A program made the translations under genes and the position numbers. Positions 48,561-60,199 of a stretch of DNA of 64,000 bases are shown in pieces. Below the pieces are notes generated by a model. The model was not told the DNA's origin. It saw nothing but the letters and a program-made list of their open reading frames with translations, and searched no databases. Source of the DNA: Callorhinchus milii (Eukaryota); contig NW_024704743.1 in NCBI RefSeq assembly GCF_018977255.1, positions 46,440,001-46,504,000 on the forward strand, written 5' to 3'. Position 1 is the stretch's first letter; each line of letters opens with the position of its first letter.

Positions 48561-51131
48561 TGCAGCAAACCCTTCACTATTAACTGTTTAAAATAGTCAC
48601 ACAAATCCAAGAAATTATCAATAAAATGAACTGCTGAAGTTGCTGACACAGCAGTTCATGTTCAGGAAGTAACTTAGTGGTGATGGTGGGAGGGGTGGAC
48701 TGTAAAGCCAAGGAGTATTGAATGATACAATGGCACTTTTGGCACTTGTCACAGTGAAAGTGATATGAAGCAGTCACTGAGTGCCTGCAGGGCCAGAGAG
48801 TGATTTTAGCTTAAGGGGGTGATTAAACAAAGACATATTGCAGTTTGTGATTAGAATTTTTAACGCATTGCTCCATGGGTTGCAAAACTGACCTGTAATG
48901 TGCCCCAAATACCCTCGACCTTCAGCTCGCTTGCTTTTTAAAAAAGTATTATCTTTAGTGCAATTATTTGGTGCTTCAAAAATAGTTCTTTCATATTTTA
49001 TACAAACATTGTTTGTATCTGCCTTCACCAAAATAGCATGTTGGTCTGAACAGAATACTATACCCGCCCCCTGGTTTTATAAAGAATGCTGACTGCTCCA
49101 TTTAATGCACTGTGCACTGAGGCTTGAGTTACCCGCTGGATACGTGTGTTGATTTGCAGCTGAAATCCGCAAGCGCTCCCGTTTGCCATTTACAAAGTCT
49201 GATGTAAAACTACCAGTTTCAGTCAGTCAGTGTGGGGGTGAGAGGTTTTGTTTTGCTGCAGGTCAGAATTTCAACAATGGATACTCAGGAGTGTTCATAC
49301 ATGTGATTCTAATCTGCAACGGCTGCACATTTATTTCTAGTACAAATTTGCAGCTGCATTAATAAACTGGGTATTAAAAAATTGCTGACAAAGGACTGAA
49401 GGGGCATTGGAATGAGCTGAGTGGATTAAAAGTGCTGCAGCATGGTGGTTGAGGAGGGATTGGAGGGCAGGGAGGAGTCTGACATTGCAGCAGTTCAGTG
49501 TGGAGGAAACAACTGAGATGACAGTATCCTTTACTGCATCAACACCATTAACGTTAAAACTATTTGACTGAAAAGCTGTACAGTTTTTTTTATGTATAGG
49601 CAAAGCCCTTGCGTGGAGAGCCAAAAGAGGTCAGAAATAATTGTTTGGTATATTGTGTGAATCAAAACAAAATGATTTCTAAGTGAGTTTCTTTTAAACA
49701 GTGCCAATTTAAAATGTGTTGACAATAGAACGTTGCAGAGGCTATTTCTTGACTCGTGCCACAGAGTCTAGAGCTCACGTAACATGTGAATACAACACAC
49801 TGTGAATATGTAAAGATAATGTTGGGGGTGGGAGGACGAATGTGGTATGTGATGTGACAAGTATCACATCACATACCACATTTTCCCTTCCTCGTCTCCC
49901 CCAATCTTCTATGAGGCAAACGCTGTTTAAATTAAATTTGCTGCTAACCATTCTGATGACAAGCAGATTCATCCTTGACATCCCTCTCTCTCTCTAGATC
50001 CAGTCATCAGTTTCTTGTGGTTGAAAAGCTGGTGCCAGAATTGGCACAGGTTTGATGACACACAGGCAGGACCTGGTCTGAAGTGAGGAAAGGCAAAGCA
50101 GACCATAGTTGAATTCCACAGAGTATACAAGTGATTAGAGGCACCACTCTTGAGGCTCATACAGTTTATTTAGAGAGCAGCAGATACCTAGGAAGCAGTG
50201 GTAGACTGACTCCCCAAAAGGGTTCAGGACTGTCATGTAAAATGGGGACATTGATTGTGGGGGATACCAAAAAGCATCAAACAACGATATTTTATTCCAT
50301 GTTAAGAGCAAATTAAGAACAAAATCTTTTATTATGCAAATGAACATAAAAAAGTGAGGAAAGCAGAACATAAGAAAATGTTCTCATGAGTCTCAGTAAC
50401 GTCTATGTGCCTGTTGGTAATTTGAGTTAGTAGTTTCACTTAACCTTGTTAGCTGCTAACCTGTTAGGAAAGAAAGTTGCGTTCAGCACATGTGGACACT
50501 GGGCAGCTCACAAAAGCAAAATCTATATTTTTGGACTGAATGCAGTCTACTTTTTTGCCTCAACTGAATACAGACAGACTTCCCGAATCAAATATTGAAA
50601 AAGTCCTGGTTTACTGGATTGGGTCCCCCCAAGACTAGCCTGGTTCAGAATGTCCCAAATTATTTTGTGAAGGTTGCAAATTCGCATACCTTCCATAATT
50701 TACTAGGAAGATTTTCACCTTTGCAGCCTAGGTGCTGATGACCTTTTTTTTCCAATTGACTTGACCTTGCATTCCAGCTGAACCTTTTAATCCTTGAAAA
50801 CAAGTCAAACCTGAGACAAATTTTTAAATGTTTTTGCCCAAATTACAGTTGAAATCCTGCATTTCTATAAGTTCAGTAATTTTTTTTTAAATTTGGGAGC
50901 CATTCACAGAGTCACTCAGGGACCATTATTAAAATAACCTAAATTGTTTTTGGTTTGCTACTCTGCTTTACTGAGGCACTGCATTGAAAATTCTAGCTTT
51001 AATGCAGATGAAGAGAAAGTGGCAACCTAGTGGTGCAAAATCGTGCAAAACCAACATGCTGTGCTGAGAAATTGTACACAAGAGGATTGCATCCTCCTGT
51101 TTCTTATCACAGGGGGAGAAAATGAGTCAGT

Positions 51132-51668
51132 ACAACAACAACAACAACAAGATTCCACTTATTGAGCGCCTTTCACGTCGGGAGGACGTCCCAAGGCGCT
51201 GTACAGTTGGGTCAGGACCCGAGCAGGGGGGAAATGGTCAGGGTGAGGGGAGGGAAGGGAGGGAGCGAGGAGGGGGTAGAGAGTCGAGAGGGGAGCTGAA
51301 GGCACGGTCAAAGAGAAAGGTCTTGAGACCGGCCTTGAAGGAGGAAAGGGAGGAGGCGGCGAAGGCACTGGGGGATAGAGTTCCAGAGCCTCGGGGCTGA
51401 GAGGCTGAAGGCCCGGCCACCGATAGTAGGGCGGTTGGGGCGGGGGATGTGGAGCAGACCGGAGCCAGAGGAATGGAGGGTACGGGCAGGTAGGTAGGGG
51501 GATAGTAGGTCGGAGAGGTAGGAGGGAGCAAGGCCGTGAATGGCCTTGTAGGTGAGGGTGCGGATCTTGAATTCAATCCTCTGGGGGATGGGGAGCCAGT
51601 GGAGGCGAGCGAGGGTGGGAGTGATGTGTTCCCGAAGCCTGGTGCGGGACAGTACACGAGCTGCAGAG
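51132..51668 (-). mobile_element. Young L2 3' fragment, near-identical to 20301-20833
   Basis: AARVLSRTRLREHITPTLARLHWLPIPQRIEFK; same 3' UTR and (TTG)n. Confidence 0.97.
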
Positions 51669-51689
51669 AAGACTTTACAGTAAGACTTT

Positions 51690-51880
51690 AAACTCATAAT
51701 CCAGGCTTATACTTCATTGCAGTGATTGGGAGGGCCATGCTGTTAGAGATCCCACATCCTTTGGATGAAACATTAAACTGAGATCCCATCTGCCTATTCA
51801 GGTGGACATTTAAAGATCTCATGATTAGTTTTTTTTTGGTCAGTGGAGTGTCTTGACACATGAGTAAACCCATCACCATT
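51690..51880 (+). mobile_element. SacSINE1-like body fragment
   Basis: tttggatgaaacattaaactgag..ccatctgcctattcaggtggaca. Confidence 0.7.
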
Positions 51881-52669
51881 GCTTAAGTGCATCCAAATCA
51901 GACTGAGTGTTCTACGTATGTGCCCCACCTATACATGGAAATTGTTCTGAATGGAATGCGCACTCTCTCGCTAGAGGGTCGGTCCCTGGTTACCTAATTC
52001 CAGAGGATATTAGCTGCAGATCGCCAAGAGCCAAGGCTTGGGGACCTGATGGGGTTGGCTGGTCTACCACAGAAATTTAACCAGTTAAAACCGCATAGCT
52101 TGCCAGTGAGAGCACTGTTACAAGCTTTTCGTAGCTTGTCAGATGAGGACCACCCTACCTATTAGTGGATTTGGGTTGCATGGTTGACAGGAACCGAGTG
52201 GAAGAATTTCCAAGCACATTACCTTGAAGTCAAATCATCTCTAAGGAGATATCACTTCCCCTTCCCCAGCCCCCGAGAATAGTCAATTGTCAGTCAATCT
52301 CCCTGTAAGCCTATATAAGTTGGGTACGTTATACGTGCACAAAATTTAAAGAAAATATGCGTAGGACACATGTGTCAGTGTCAATCTTTTAATATAGAGC
52401 GGAATAGAGAAAGGCTAAAGAAAATGGAGGGATATAGGTGAACTTTTGATGATAGAGATTTTACACTTCAGAGGGTTAGTTCAAATTAATTTCCTTATTT
52501 CTTTCAGTGGTTCAGGCAATCTTCCCCCAGAAATAATGGGGTCAAAAATTGCAGAATACAATCTGGATTTTAAAGGATTCCTAAGCATTGAATCCTGCGA
52601 GTAACCTGCTGTGTGCTATACCAACCTATGACTTGCTCTGAAATCTTCTTCCGGATGTGTCATAGTTTT

Positions 52670-52875
52670 GGAGTCCTGTAGCGCAGTGGTTAGCGCACTC
52701 GCCTCCAAGTGAGAGAATCTGGGGTCGATTCCCAGGCAGGGCAAAACCTTGGGCAAGCTTCCCACCCACACCTCCCACCCGCCACAACAGCTCAGGTGCC
52801 CATCCAGTTATGTAAAGCACTTGGAGAGATCCTCCTGCTCTGAAAGATGCAATATGTATGGAAATGTTATTGTTA
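52670..52875 (+). mobile_element. tRNA-head SINE lacking the Deu domain, with an L2-like 3' UTR
   Basis: GGAGTCCTGTAGCGCAGTGG..GGTCGATTCC head, then a C-rich segment and an L2-type tail. Confidence 0.8.
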
Positions 52876-54499
52876 TGCAAATATTCCCTCTTGGTAAACA
52901 GATTGCATAAATTTAAAATAATTACCCCCAAAAAAGAGCAGTTAGTTTTTTTTCAAAACACAGAGGGTTATTAGGATCTGAAATGCTCTTCCAAAACCAT
53001 GGTTGAAGCAGAATCTACAATAGCTTTTTAAAAGGAATTAAACTAACATCAAATGGCTTTCTGTGCTGAAAAAATGTATGATATCCCCCATAACAAATCC
53101 AAACTGTTATCACATTCTGAGGAATTATTTCCCCTGCCTCTCCCCCTGCCCCATCCTCCCAGCACAGGTCTTTTCAGTGATAATGTCTTACCTGGTACAA
53201 CATTCCTTGTGACAGATTCAAACTATTGTAAGGGGTTTGGTGTAAAATAACAAGCTGTGGCTCCACAAAGAAGCTTATCAAGCGGATTTGATACATCCCC
53301 ATCCCTGGTAAGAGAAGGTTACAAGCTCTTTGCAATTTGAAAATAAGTTGCAGGTGCAATAATGTTGCACGCCCAATTTGTGACATAAACGCAAGCTGCA
53401 AATGGCCTGTGAAAATTGACCCCCATGGTACTGTTTTCTTGATGTGGCCTGGATCTTCAATTAAAATGGAGCCTCATAAAATACCTCACATGGGGAACCT
53501 TGCAAAACAGCCTTTAAGTTTATTTTCAAAGGAACCAAAGTATGCAAGCTATTCACTATGCTTTCTAATCTTCCTGTGGTGGCATCTGTTTGAAACCCTC
53601 GTCTTTGCTGGAGCTGGAACTGACTATTAACAGTGCCACCAGCCTTCACTTTGTGCCACAATTGATTTGAAAAATGGTAGACATGGAACACTGAGTATTC
53701 CTTACCCTGCAGCCTTTCTTTAAAATACTATAGTTTAGACAGTCTCAGGTGGCCTACGCCTGAGCACTTTAATAAATGTAACCTACGGCTGAAGATTAAA
53801 TTCAAAGACTCCACTTTATTGAGTCCAAGGAGTTCACAATTTTTGTCAGAAAAATTAAATTTATCCGCTACATTGAGGTTCTCAACTTACTGTTATCACA
53901 GTCTTTGTCAGACCATCTGTTTTACCCTATTCTTGGCATAGCAGTGTTGTTTTGTATGGGATTTACTTTACTGTAACAAAACACAGAAACGGCCCCAAAC
54001 CTTACAAATTCCACACAATAGCCATTAAGCTGGTGGCCAAACTGCACCATGTGGAGAATTCTCATAGAATTCTTATGTAGAGAAAAGTTCGGAAAAAAAT
54101 CAGCGGCTTCTGCACATTAAACTGTGTCTTTGTCTACAGAGGGCCAGGAGGTGAGGATAGGAGTGGAGCCATTGTGTCCAGTAAGGGGCCTTGTTTGGAA
54201 GCTAAATTATATGATAATCGAGTCATTCATTTTGACTCATTACTACCTCCAGTAGAAAATCTATCGTACAATACAATTTACAATACAATTTACACTTACT
54301 TCCATTTCAGCATAATTATCACTTTAGTGACTGACGTTTCTGCTGGTACAGTTCAGGTTCCAATAGAATTAGCAGGCATGAAAGACGGTTGAGTGTACTG
54401 GTGTGCCAAAGCAGGTGGATGGATGAATGGGATTTAAAGTCTCATTCCTGACCAGCCACTCTCACAAGTAGGGAGAAGGTGCTAAGATAAGAAGGCAAT

Positions 54500-54640
54500 T
54501 TACCTGGGGTCACTCTCACACTTCCTGGGAACACCATCCAAGGACTGTAGTTGTTTAAAAAAGAAAGCCCACCTTCTTAAAACAACCAGAGATGGGCAAT
54601 GAATGCCTGCGGGTCCTGTCAGCATCAGCCACATCGGAGA
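54500..54640 (+). mobile_element. LINE 3' end (CR1 group)
   Basis: ggactgtagttgtttaaaaagaaagcccacc..gagatgggcaatgaatgc resembles a common chondrichthyan LINE terminus. Confidence 0.55.
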
Positions 54641-55739
54641 CAGAGTGCAAAAAGTGTCCGGCTGTACAGTGACCTTAGTAGACGCCTGGGAACATGCTGC
54701 CTTGTCTGGCATTATTAAGTGATACTGATAACAGTTATTGCATCTGGTGTACATGGATGAGTTGGTTGACGTCCCTGATTGTTAAGAACAAAAAGCCAAA
54801 TTTAAACAAATTAGTATTGAGATTAAATTGACTATTCTGTACATTGCTCTCAATGTATATTTGCCCCTAGCAATTATATCGTGAAAAATATCCTCGATTG
54901 CAGGATTTATTCTATTTATTCCTTGTAATGTAATAATGGGATAAATTTTGTGGTGTATTCAATATTTTTCCAGCTTGTGGACTTTGGGCTTCAACAGCTA
55001 AATAGCGGCTAACAGTATCTCTCTAAGCAGCAGTTGAAAGCCATGATGTTCTGTGACATAGACCCAGCACCATGGATTGACCATTGAGAAGGTTGCTGGG
55101 AGAGTTCATCTTGAAGATATCCAGTGATACATTCAGTGGGATAAACATCAGTTGTACCGCTAAATGGTTATCCCAATAATCAAAATGCCCATGTACAATA
55201 AAGCTTAAGTGGAAGGGTTTATATCTTGTATGTAATACTGAAGCAGTATAATTGGCCATTTGGGACCACAGCCCTTCTGATTTCATCAACAGAAAACCTG
55301 CACTTGTTTAGAACCTTATCGCAACTGACGAGCATCTCAGGAGTGCTTCCCCAAATGAAAATAATTAGAAATTAAATGAATGGTGCTATGGAGAAAAATG
55401 TGACAGCTAATCTGCACTAGCAAGACTCCACAATAATAAATAATATTCATATTCAATATAATGCCTTATTATGTCAAAACCTACCAAAAAGTTACTCTCT
55501 GAAATGTCGTGAATTTTGACAGGTTGGCAAATCTCTTGGGAAACAATAAAGCACAGTGGCTAATGTAACTCAGTAGGCAGATTTTTAGCATTAAAATAAT
55601 GAAATTCCTGGACCTGCCATTGTTTTCCTACTGATTTATTTTCAGTATTAATGCCAGTGTCGCAGTAATTTGAATGAAGGTTTTGTTGTGATTAGTCTTG
55701 CGATATAAACTTTTTTGTATTGCAAAATCAAGACTAATA

Positions 55740-55850
55740 TTATAATAATTCTTGCATTTGATTCAGCTCTTTTCATGTCTTCCAGATATCTCGAAAGCGC
55801 TTCACAGAATATACTGTAAAGTGAATTGACGGTATATTTGTGGGTGAAAT
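55740..55850 (-). mobile_element. SINE tail
   Basis: ttcttgcatttga...aagcgcttcacagaatatactgtaaagtgaattgac. Confidence 0.85.
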
Positions 55851-56047
55851 ATAAGGGCCTATAGTGTAATATAGAACCAGGGTTGCAAACAGAGTGGAGA
55901 CAAACAGAACAAATCAAAAAGTCCAGGGCAGCCCCACTATAATGCATCACTATAAATGTGAGATCGATCTAATGCAGTTGAAATTTTCCTACCTAAAAAT
56001 TGAAAACCTGACATTGTGCACCCAAATCAGCCCTCCAATTCAAAATA

Positions 56048-56235
56048 AATAATAATAAGTCTTGCGTTTAATATAGCGATTTAGCACAGTGTCAGAATGT
56101 TTCAAAGCCTTTACAAGATTTACTGTAAAGTGTAGTGATTGAGTCTTTCGTAGGCCGAATTGCACACAGCAATATCCCACACACAGCCATGAAGAGAATG
56201 ATTATTTGCCAGGGCATGGGGAGAAACTCCCTTTG
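56048..56235 (-). mobile_element. Deu SINE fragment
   Basis: Tail plus aattgcacacagcaatatcccac. Confidence 0.7.
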
Positions 56236-56984
56236 AAAGTGATTTTATCACAGTGCAAACTGTACCATCACTCTTTACAGTACTTCAAGATGGTTATACT
56301 GAAAGCATGATGATGCATTTGGAAGCAGATTGCAAATTCCATCGTCGCTTGAGCACCAAGGAAGCCGGCTGGCCTTCTGTGCTCATGTTCAATGTAATCA
56401 ATCATGTCTCACTCTAACACAGTTTGAGATTTTATGGCTCCTATGCACTCTGGAATAGGAAAGCTGGGTGCATCCCTGCAGGGACAGTATATGAATTCCA
56501 TTCCACACAGACACCAGGAAAGTTCCATGTGTAGATATCATACCTATGTGGAACTCCCAGTCTGGTTTGGTTACTCTTAAGCAAGGCAATGGTTTACTGA
56601 ATGTGTCAGACATAGAAAACAAGTGAAGGCCACTGTGATACTGATAAAACAAGAAACAAAAAGGAAACATTGTATCAGAGTGGGTGGTAGAAGCTAAAAG
56701 TTTAGAGAAGCATCATCTAACAAGTGATGCATTTCTCCTTGTATCATGTCTCAAAGAGTATTCAAGTCTTGGATGGACTTTGTCTTTATAGAGAGATAAG
56801 AGTTGTTGAGGATAAAAGAAGTGATTCGCATGAAAGAGGAAACTGAGCTTCCTGGAGGCAGGCTAGAAATGGAGATATTTGGGATCAGAGGAGATAGTGA
56901 GGCCAAGAAGACATCAATGCTGGTAACAGTTGTGACAGACATAAGAAGCTGTCTTCGAAAAAAGGAAAATATAGTAGTTGTCAA

Positions 56985-57295
56985 GCTGGAATGTCTCAAA
57001 ATGCTTCACAGAATTTTCTGTGAGTGTATATTTATCGGCGAACGTGGCAACCAATTTGTGTTCAGTAGTATTGCACAAACAGCCTTGAAATGAATGATCA
57101 TTTTTTGTTTATTTGGGGGATTGTTGGCAAGGACCCAGGAAAAACTCCTTTCTCATTTTGTATAGCCTAATGGGATCTTTAACACCTGCGTGAACAGGCA
57201 GACAGGACCTTGGTTTAACATCTCTTCTGAAGGATGGCACCTTCGACAATGCAGACCTCCCCCAACACTGCATTGGAGGGTCAACCTAAACTATG
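56985..57295 (-). mobile_element. SacSINE1-like SINE fragment
   Basis: atgggatctttaacacctgcgtgaacaggcagac...cactgcattggagggtca. Confidence 0.8.
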
Positions 57296-57469
57296 ATCCA
57301 TTATTTCATCAAAGGTCCAAGGTTTAGTGTAACAGTTGATGCTTAAAAGGTTATTAAATAAATTATTTGATTTTCTTGTGGATATTTGTCATTGCTTTTG
57401 TAATGCAAAATTTCAATTCCCTGGTATTTAAAAGAGAGGCTAGTCATATGAATTAAACAAAAATAACTT

Positions 57470-57575
57470 ATAATAATAATCCTTGCATTTGATATAGCGC
57501 TTTCCACGTCTTCTAGACGTCTCAAAGCGCTTCACAGAATAGACTGTAAAGTGAATTGACTGTATATTTGTGGGT
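57470..57575 (-). mobile_element. SINE tail
   Basis: (TAA)n ccttgcatttgatatagcgc...tatttgtggg. Confidence 0.9.
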
Positions 57576-57626
57576 ATTTAGCATGCCTCACATGGGCAGC
57601 ACTTAACAGTGGCAGAGCTTAGTACA

Positions 57627-57957
57627 GGAGTCCTGTAGCTCAGTGGTTAAAGCACTTGCTTTGCAAGTGAGAGACCTGAGTTCAATTCCAGGCAGAGGGC
57701 GAAACCTTGGGCAAGTTTCCTTACTCCACACAGAGCCTAATAATAATCCCTCCAAAAACCAAAAAACAATAATTAAATTGGTCATTTTCAATCTACGACT
57801 GTTTGTGGGACATTGCTGTGCGCAATTGGCTGCCGCGTTCGCCCACAAATATATAGTCAATTCACTTTACAGTGTGTTCTGTGAAGCGCTTTGGGACGTC
57901 CTCCCGACGTGAAAAGCGCTATATCAAATGCAAGGATTATTATTATTATTATTATTA
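57627..57957 (+). mobile_element. Young full-length tRNA/Deu SINE (SINE2-1_CM-like)
   Basis: GGAGTCCTGTAGCTCAGTGG box A, AGTTCAATTCC box B, Deu core, stem-loop tail, (TTA)n. Confidence 0.95.
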
Positions 57958-57959
57958 GA

Positions 57960-58253
57960 GCTTGATACCAAGCCAAGCGTGGCACAGCATGGACCAAGAG
58001 GTAGGTGTTTACATGTGATCTGAAGATGTGCAAGGAGGGGGTGAATCAGAGGTATTGAGGCAGGGATTTTCAGAGTTTTGACCATTGTGGCTGAAAGCAT
58101 GGGTGCCGATGGTGGAATGGATTGGAGTGGACGAGGGACTCTCCCTCCTCCACCCACCACTCCTCTCCGTTGCTTGACTTGCAACACATCACTGCATAGA
58201 ACTCTAAGATGCTATCCTGCAAGGTACTATATAAATGCAAGTTATTGTTGTTC
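57960..58253. mobile_element. L2 3' pieces in opposite orientation (57960-58140 on -, 58150-58253 on +)
   Basis: A minus-strand LKIPASIP..LQITCK region abuts a plus-strand tail ending in aaatgcaagttattgttgtt. Confidence 0.65.
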
Positions 58254-58964
58254 TTTGGAACGGTTCTCTCAGGTTTTGAAGAATCAGTGTTAGAGATTAA
58301 ATGAAGCACATCTCATGTAAGCAGTTTACTTCGTCCTTACGGACTCTTGGAGCACTTGCTTCAGTGTGAAATTTCAATCTCCAGCTTCAGTTTGGGAGTG
58401 GGTTGATCACCAACAAATGAGCAGAGCTGTGTTAATTAGTGCCCACTTCCCTCATTAATCCTGGCATGCTTAGGCTTGGTGTGGGCATCGTCCTCGCTCT
58501 AATGTGCAACAAGGCTGCATTTATTCAATTAACATCCCACATTCATGTTTACAGAGACAGCAGAGTATCAGCAGTAGGTGAACAAGGGTTTTATTTTTGT
58601 GTACTTGGCAGAGCACATTGTATGATCTTTAACCAAGATTTCTAGCTTTGCGCCTGTTATCTTGTTTTAAGAAGCAGGTGCTATTTTCAAAGGCTGAAAA
58701 GGGTCCTCGCACATCTGTTTTCCTTTACTTTCCAATTTTCTTTCAGTGCGACTCCTCTCCCTTCCTCGGCCCCTAAGAACATGCAGTTCTAAGGCTCAGA
58801 ATGTTTTCTCCAGGTGTTGAAGGATTGGGCTGCCAGGTTGTTGATGGAGATAACTGAACTGTCTTCCAACAACATAGTGCTACACAGATGTGAACATGGG
58901 ATCTTGTAGAGCCTCCTGTATACCCATTTAAGACTAATCAGTTCTAAGACAGAAATTTAAAAAA

Positions 58965-59085
58965 TATATCTTATTTTCTCCTCCAACCTTGAAAGTACTG
59001 ACATGCTGGGTATAACTGCACTAATGCCAGTTGCATGTTGCCCAACTGACCACATGTGTAGGACTAGACAGTGGGAGACTATCGT
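58965..59085 (-). mobile_element. Unclassified SINE-like fragment (32 kb family)
   Basis: attttctcc..ccttgaaagtactgac..gcccaactgacc..ctagacagtg. Confidence 0.4.
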
Positions 59086-59769
59086 CTACTGATTGATAGA
59101 AATAGCCATCTTTGCACTGTGACTTTAAAATTGGATATTTGGCAATTGATTTACATTAGATGTCATTGAGTGACTTGTCCTCAATTGATATCCCTAATTA
59201 TGCACTTTCCATCAGGGCCCTTGAACTCAGTGCCAATGAACCAAGTTGGCTGTGCTGTCATCAGCAGTGCCCTGGAGTACTGCAGACTCGCCTGGCACAG
59301 GAACTGGACTACCGAGAACCCCGCAGAGGGTTGGCTCAGTTCTGACATTCCATTACCATGCTTGTCACCATGAAGGTAGCTAAACTCCAAGGCATGCCTA
59401 CTTACCTCTTCTCCAAGGAGGATGGTTGCTGGTATTCTGAGTGAATAACCAATCAGGCATATATAGCATCATGGTAACAACAGATTTCAGCTTGCCTGAA
59501 CCACTCGAGTATTGATTTTGGTGTGAAGCTATGCAAGCATATGCTGCTTAATGTGCTGAAACAAATTTATTCCAATCCACTTGTCTATTTCTACAAAAGC
59601 ATGTGGTGTGTGACAACAATCCACTCAGCCTTTTATCACGGCACACAATAGGTAACATTATTTTACAAGAATATCTATTAATAAATCTTGAAATCTGTGA
59701 TTCTTTTTATTATTTAAGTTAAGTGTAACAAATGTGCATTCGGGATTGTTTTGCTGAACCAAAATAAAT

Positions 59770-59945
59770 CAAAAACCATCAATGTATTTAAGAGAAAACT
59801 ATGCATAATGAGGGAGAAAGAAAGAGGGATATAAGGTGAGGGGAATAGGACGAGTAGAAGTTTGTGTGCAGTATATACACCGACACAGGCTAGTTGGGCT
59901 GAATGACCTGTCTCTGTGCTGCATCCCTCCATATAACTGTATGTA
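59770..59945 (+). mobile_element. CR1 3' UTR
   Basis: tttaagagaaaacta..gagggagaaag..agttgggctgaatgacctgtctctgtgctg. Confidence 0.75.
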
Positions 59946-60199
59946 ACCTGAGAAGTTCACGGTGGGTTATCAGTGTTTTTCGTTTCGTAACTATGGGGAG
60001 AAAAGAGAGAGAGAACTGCTGTATTTCCATGGATTGCAGTAACAAGAGAGCATAAATTCAGGGTAGACACCAAAAGGTGCAGGAAAGAAAACTTATTTTA
60101 CACATACTTCCCAGCTGATACCCAATATTCTCTTCACTAAGCACATTCCGTAATTCTGCATTTCTGCCTTTCCCAGCGCCAGACAGACATCTCAACTGG

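Noticed and set aside
54267..54296. 12-bp tandem duplication tacaatacaatt
   Set aside because: Ordinary slippage repeat.
58715..58815. Strong 3' splice-like tract (ttttctttcag at 58746)
   Set aside because: There is no good downstream donor and no RBMS coding match; such decoys are common.
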